Part shown: one piece after another, positions 63,137-64,000 of the stretch
Numbering within the stretch: position 1 is the first letter of the stretch
Layout: every line of letters starts with the position of its first letter
IMG/VR virus record: IMGVR_UViG_3300027753_000007
Coordinates: 13,056-77,055 of that record
Source: a virus
Taxonomy: Duplodnaviria; Caudoviricetes
DNA: 64,000 nucleotides
Direction: 5' to 3' (one strand)
Program-made: the position numbers and the translations under genes
Notes under the pieces: model-generated
Database searches by the model: none
The model's input: the letters and a program-made list of their open reading frames with translations, nothing else
Told to the model about the DNA's origin: nothing

Positions 63137-63492
63137 TAATATTTGACTGCGTGACCTTCAAGTAGAAGCTGGTTATTTAGGTTCATTAGCTCACCGTCTT
63201 TCTCGCACCATACCCATGCTAATAGACGACCATATTTGCCTTCGGCGTCCATTTTTGTCTGCACATAAATTCGATCTGCTGCTTCTAATATTTCTGTTGC
63301 CCGTGCTTTCGCTAACAAGCCTTTCTCTCTTTCAGGGCCCCTTGTTTCAAAGGTATTAATGTCGAGGAAGCGCAAGCGTTTGCGCATGGTGGTGTGGAAA
63401 CCTACATCTATATCTACGTCAATGGTGTCGCCATCAACGATATTAATTAGACAGGCTCGGTATACGTAATTTGGTTTTGCGAATTCGGACAT
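63136..63492 (-). CDS. Thermonuclease (SNase-like) protein
   Basis: IVDGDTID, RLRFLDINTFE, KYGRLLA, GHA. Confidence 0.85.
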   Translation of the reverse strand: MSEFAKPNYVYRACLINIVDGDTIDVDIDVGFHTTMRKRLRFLDINTFETRGPEREKGLLAKARATEILEAADRIYVQTKMDAEGKYGRLLAWVWCEKDGELMNLNNQLLLEGHAVKY

Positions 63493-63549
63493 AAAACTTC
63501 TCCAATACAGTGTTATCTGTATTTATCAAAAAGTTTTATGAGAGGGTTA

Positions 63550-63864
63550 TTAGGTTTCTAGGGAGGCATTCACTCGCCGTTCATCGTCCCCGAACTCTAC
63601 AATCCTACCGACATTTTTGTTGATGTGTTCGTCTAACGCAGTGCCGCATTTGTCGCAGCGCAAGGTGTCAAACCGCCCATGTCTACGCCCGCGAATAAAG
63701 TAGAACCAATCAATAATAATCCAGCCTACAGTTTCCTTGAACAAAAATGGAAAGACAGCATGAATCATACCAAGTACAAATACCTGCAATCCTGCGAAGG
63801 CAATTCTTGTTGCCACCCGCATGTGTTGCCAATAACTTTCATTCAGTTGTTTTAGATGTTCCAT
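63550..63864 (-). CDS. Small hypothetical protein
   Basis: HL..ESYWQH...IHAVFPFLF; CDKC. Confidence 0.6.
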   Translation of the reverse strand: MEHLKQLNESYWQHMRVATRIAFAGLQVFVLGMIHAVFPFLFKETVGWIIIDWFYFIRGRRHGRFDTLRCDKCGTALDEHINKNVGRIVEFGDDERRVNASLET

Positions 63865-64000
63865 TATTTCACCTTTTTCAGTGTCACAGCCTTATCCCGC
63901 TTACGTGTAACTACGGTGTTGGGTCTTGGGTGATACCCACCAAATGGGCGCATACATTCCAAATCGTCAGATGTCAATTGTGCTAGTAATTCGCGGTCTT
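63864..64000 (-). CDS. Partial CDS (3' end)
   Basis: DRELLAQLTSDDLECMRPFGGYHPRPNTVVTRKRDKAVTLKKVK-stop, overlapping the next ATG. Confidence 0.5.
   Translation of the reverse strand, partial: DRELLAQLTSDDLECMRPFGGYHPRPNTVVTRKRDKAVTLKKVK

Noticed and set aside
1195-63986. Numerous plus-strand ORFs antisense to minus-strand genes
   Set aside because: They are shadows of real genes, lacking SD, promoters and motifs; only 2648, 3814 and 49628 are supported on plus
1-64000. Genome-wide TAG recoding (code 15), suggested by the CUA tRNA
   Set aside because: Long genes are uninterrupted in the standard code, coding density is high, and TAG occurs at natural ends of conserved genes (terL, rIIA with TAG TAA)

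Overview
A 64-kb segment of a large lytic T4-like (myovirus-type, probably jumbo) bacteriophage genome, coded almost entirely on the minus strand. It holds recombination/replication genes (gp62-like clamp loader, UvsW, UvsY, UvsX, gp32 SSB, dNMP kinase), morphogenesis genes (large terminase, gp4, tail tube, tail sheath, gp13 neck, acidic head-protein-like ORFs, a ~13-kb beta-rich virion-protein cluster), rIIA/rIIB, an NAD+ salvage pair (NAMPT + NMNAT-Nudix) and a lysis/envelope group (GH108 lysozyme, class 3 lipase, M3 oligopeptidase). Transcription signals are near-consensus sigma70 promoters flanked by IHF-consensus boxes, and (G/A)TAAATA T4-type late promoters. The most unusual observations are: (1) a CUA-anticodon tRNA lying ~0.8 kb upstream of a leader mini-ORF (M..T-UAG-VYFIRGP-UAA) whose end pairs with the ribosome-binding site of the next gene, i.e. 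a candidate amber-readthrough-gated translational attenuator; (2) an RlmN-like radical SAM enzyme lacking the resolving Cys, whose AACGQ methyl-carrier Cys motif sits on a separate unannotated 49-aa peptide; (3) a ~300-nt highly structured candidate ncRNA; (4) a split LapG/BTLCP protease. All family assignments come from motif recognition by eye; no searches were run.
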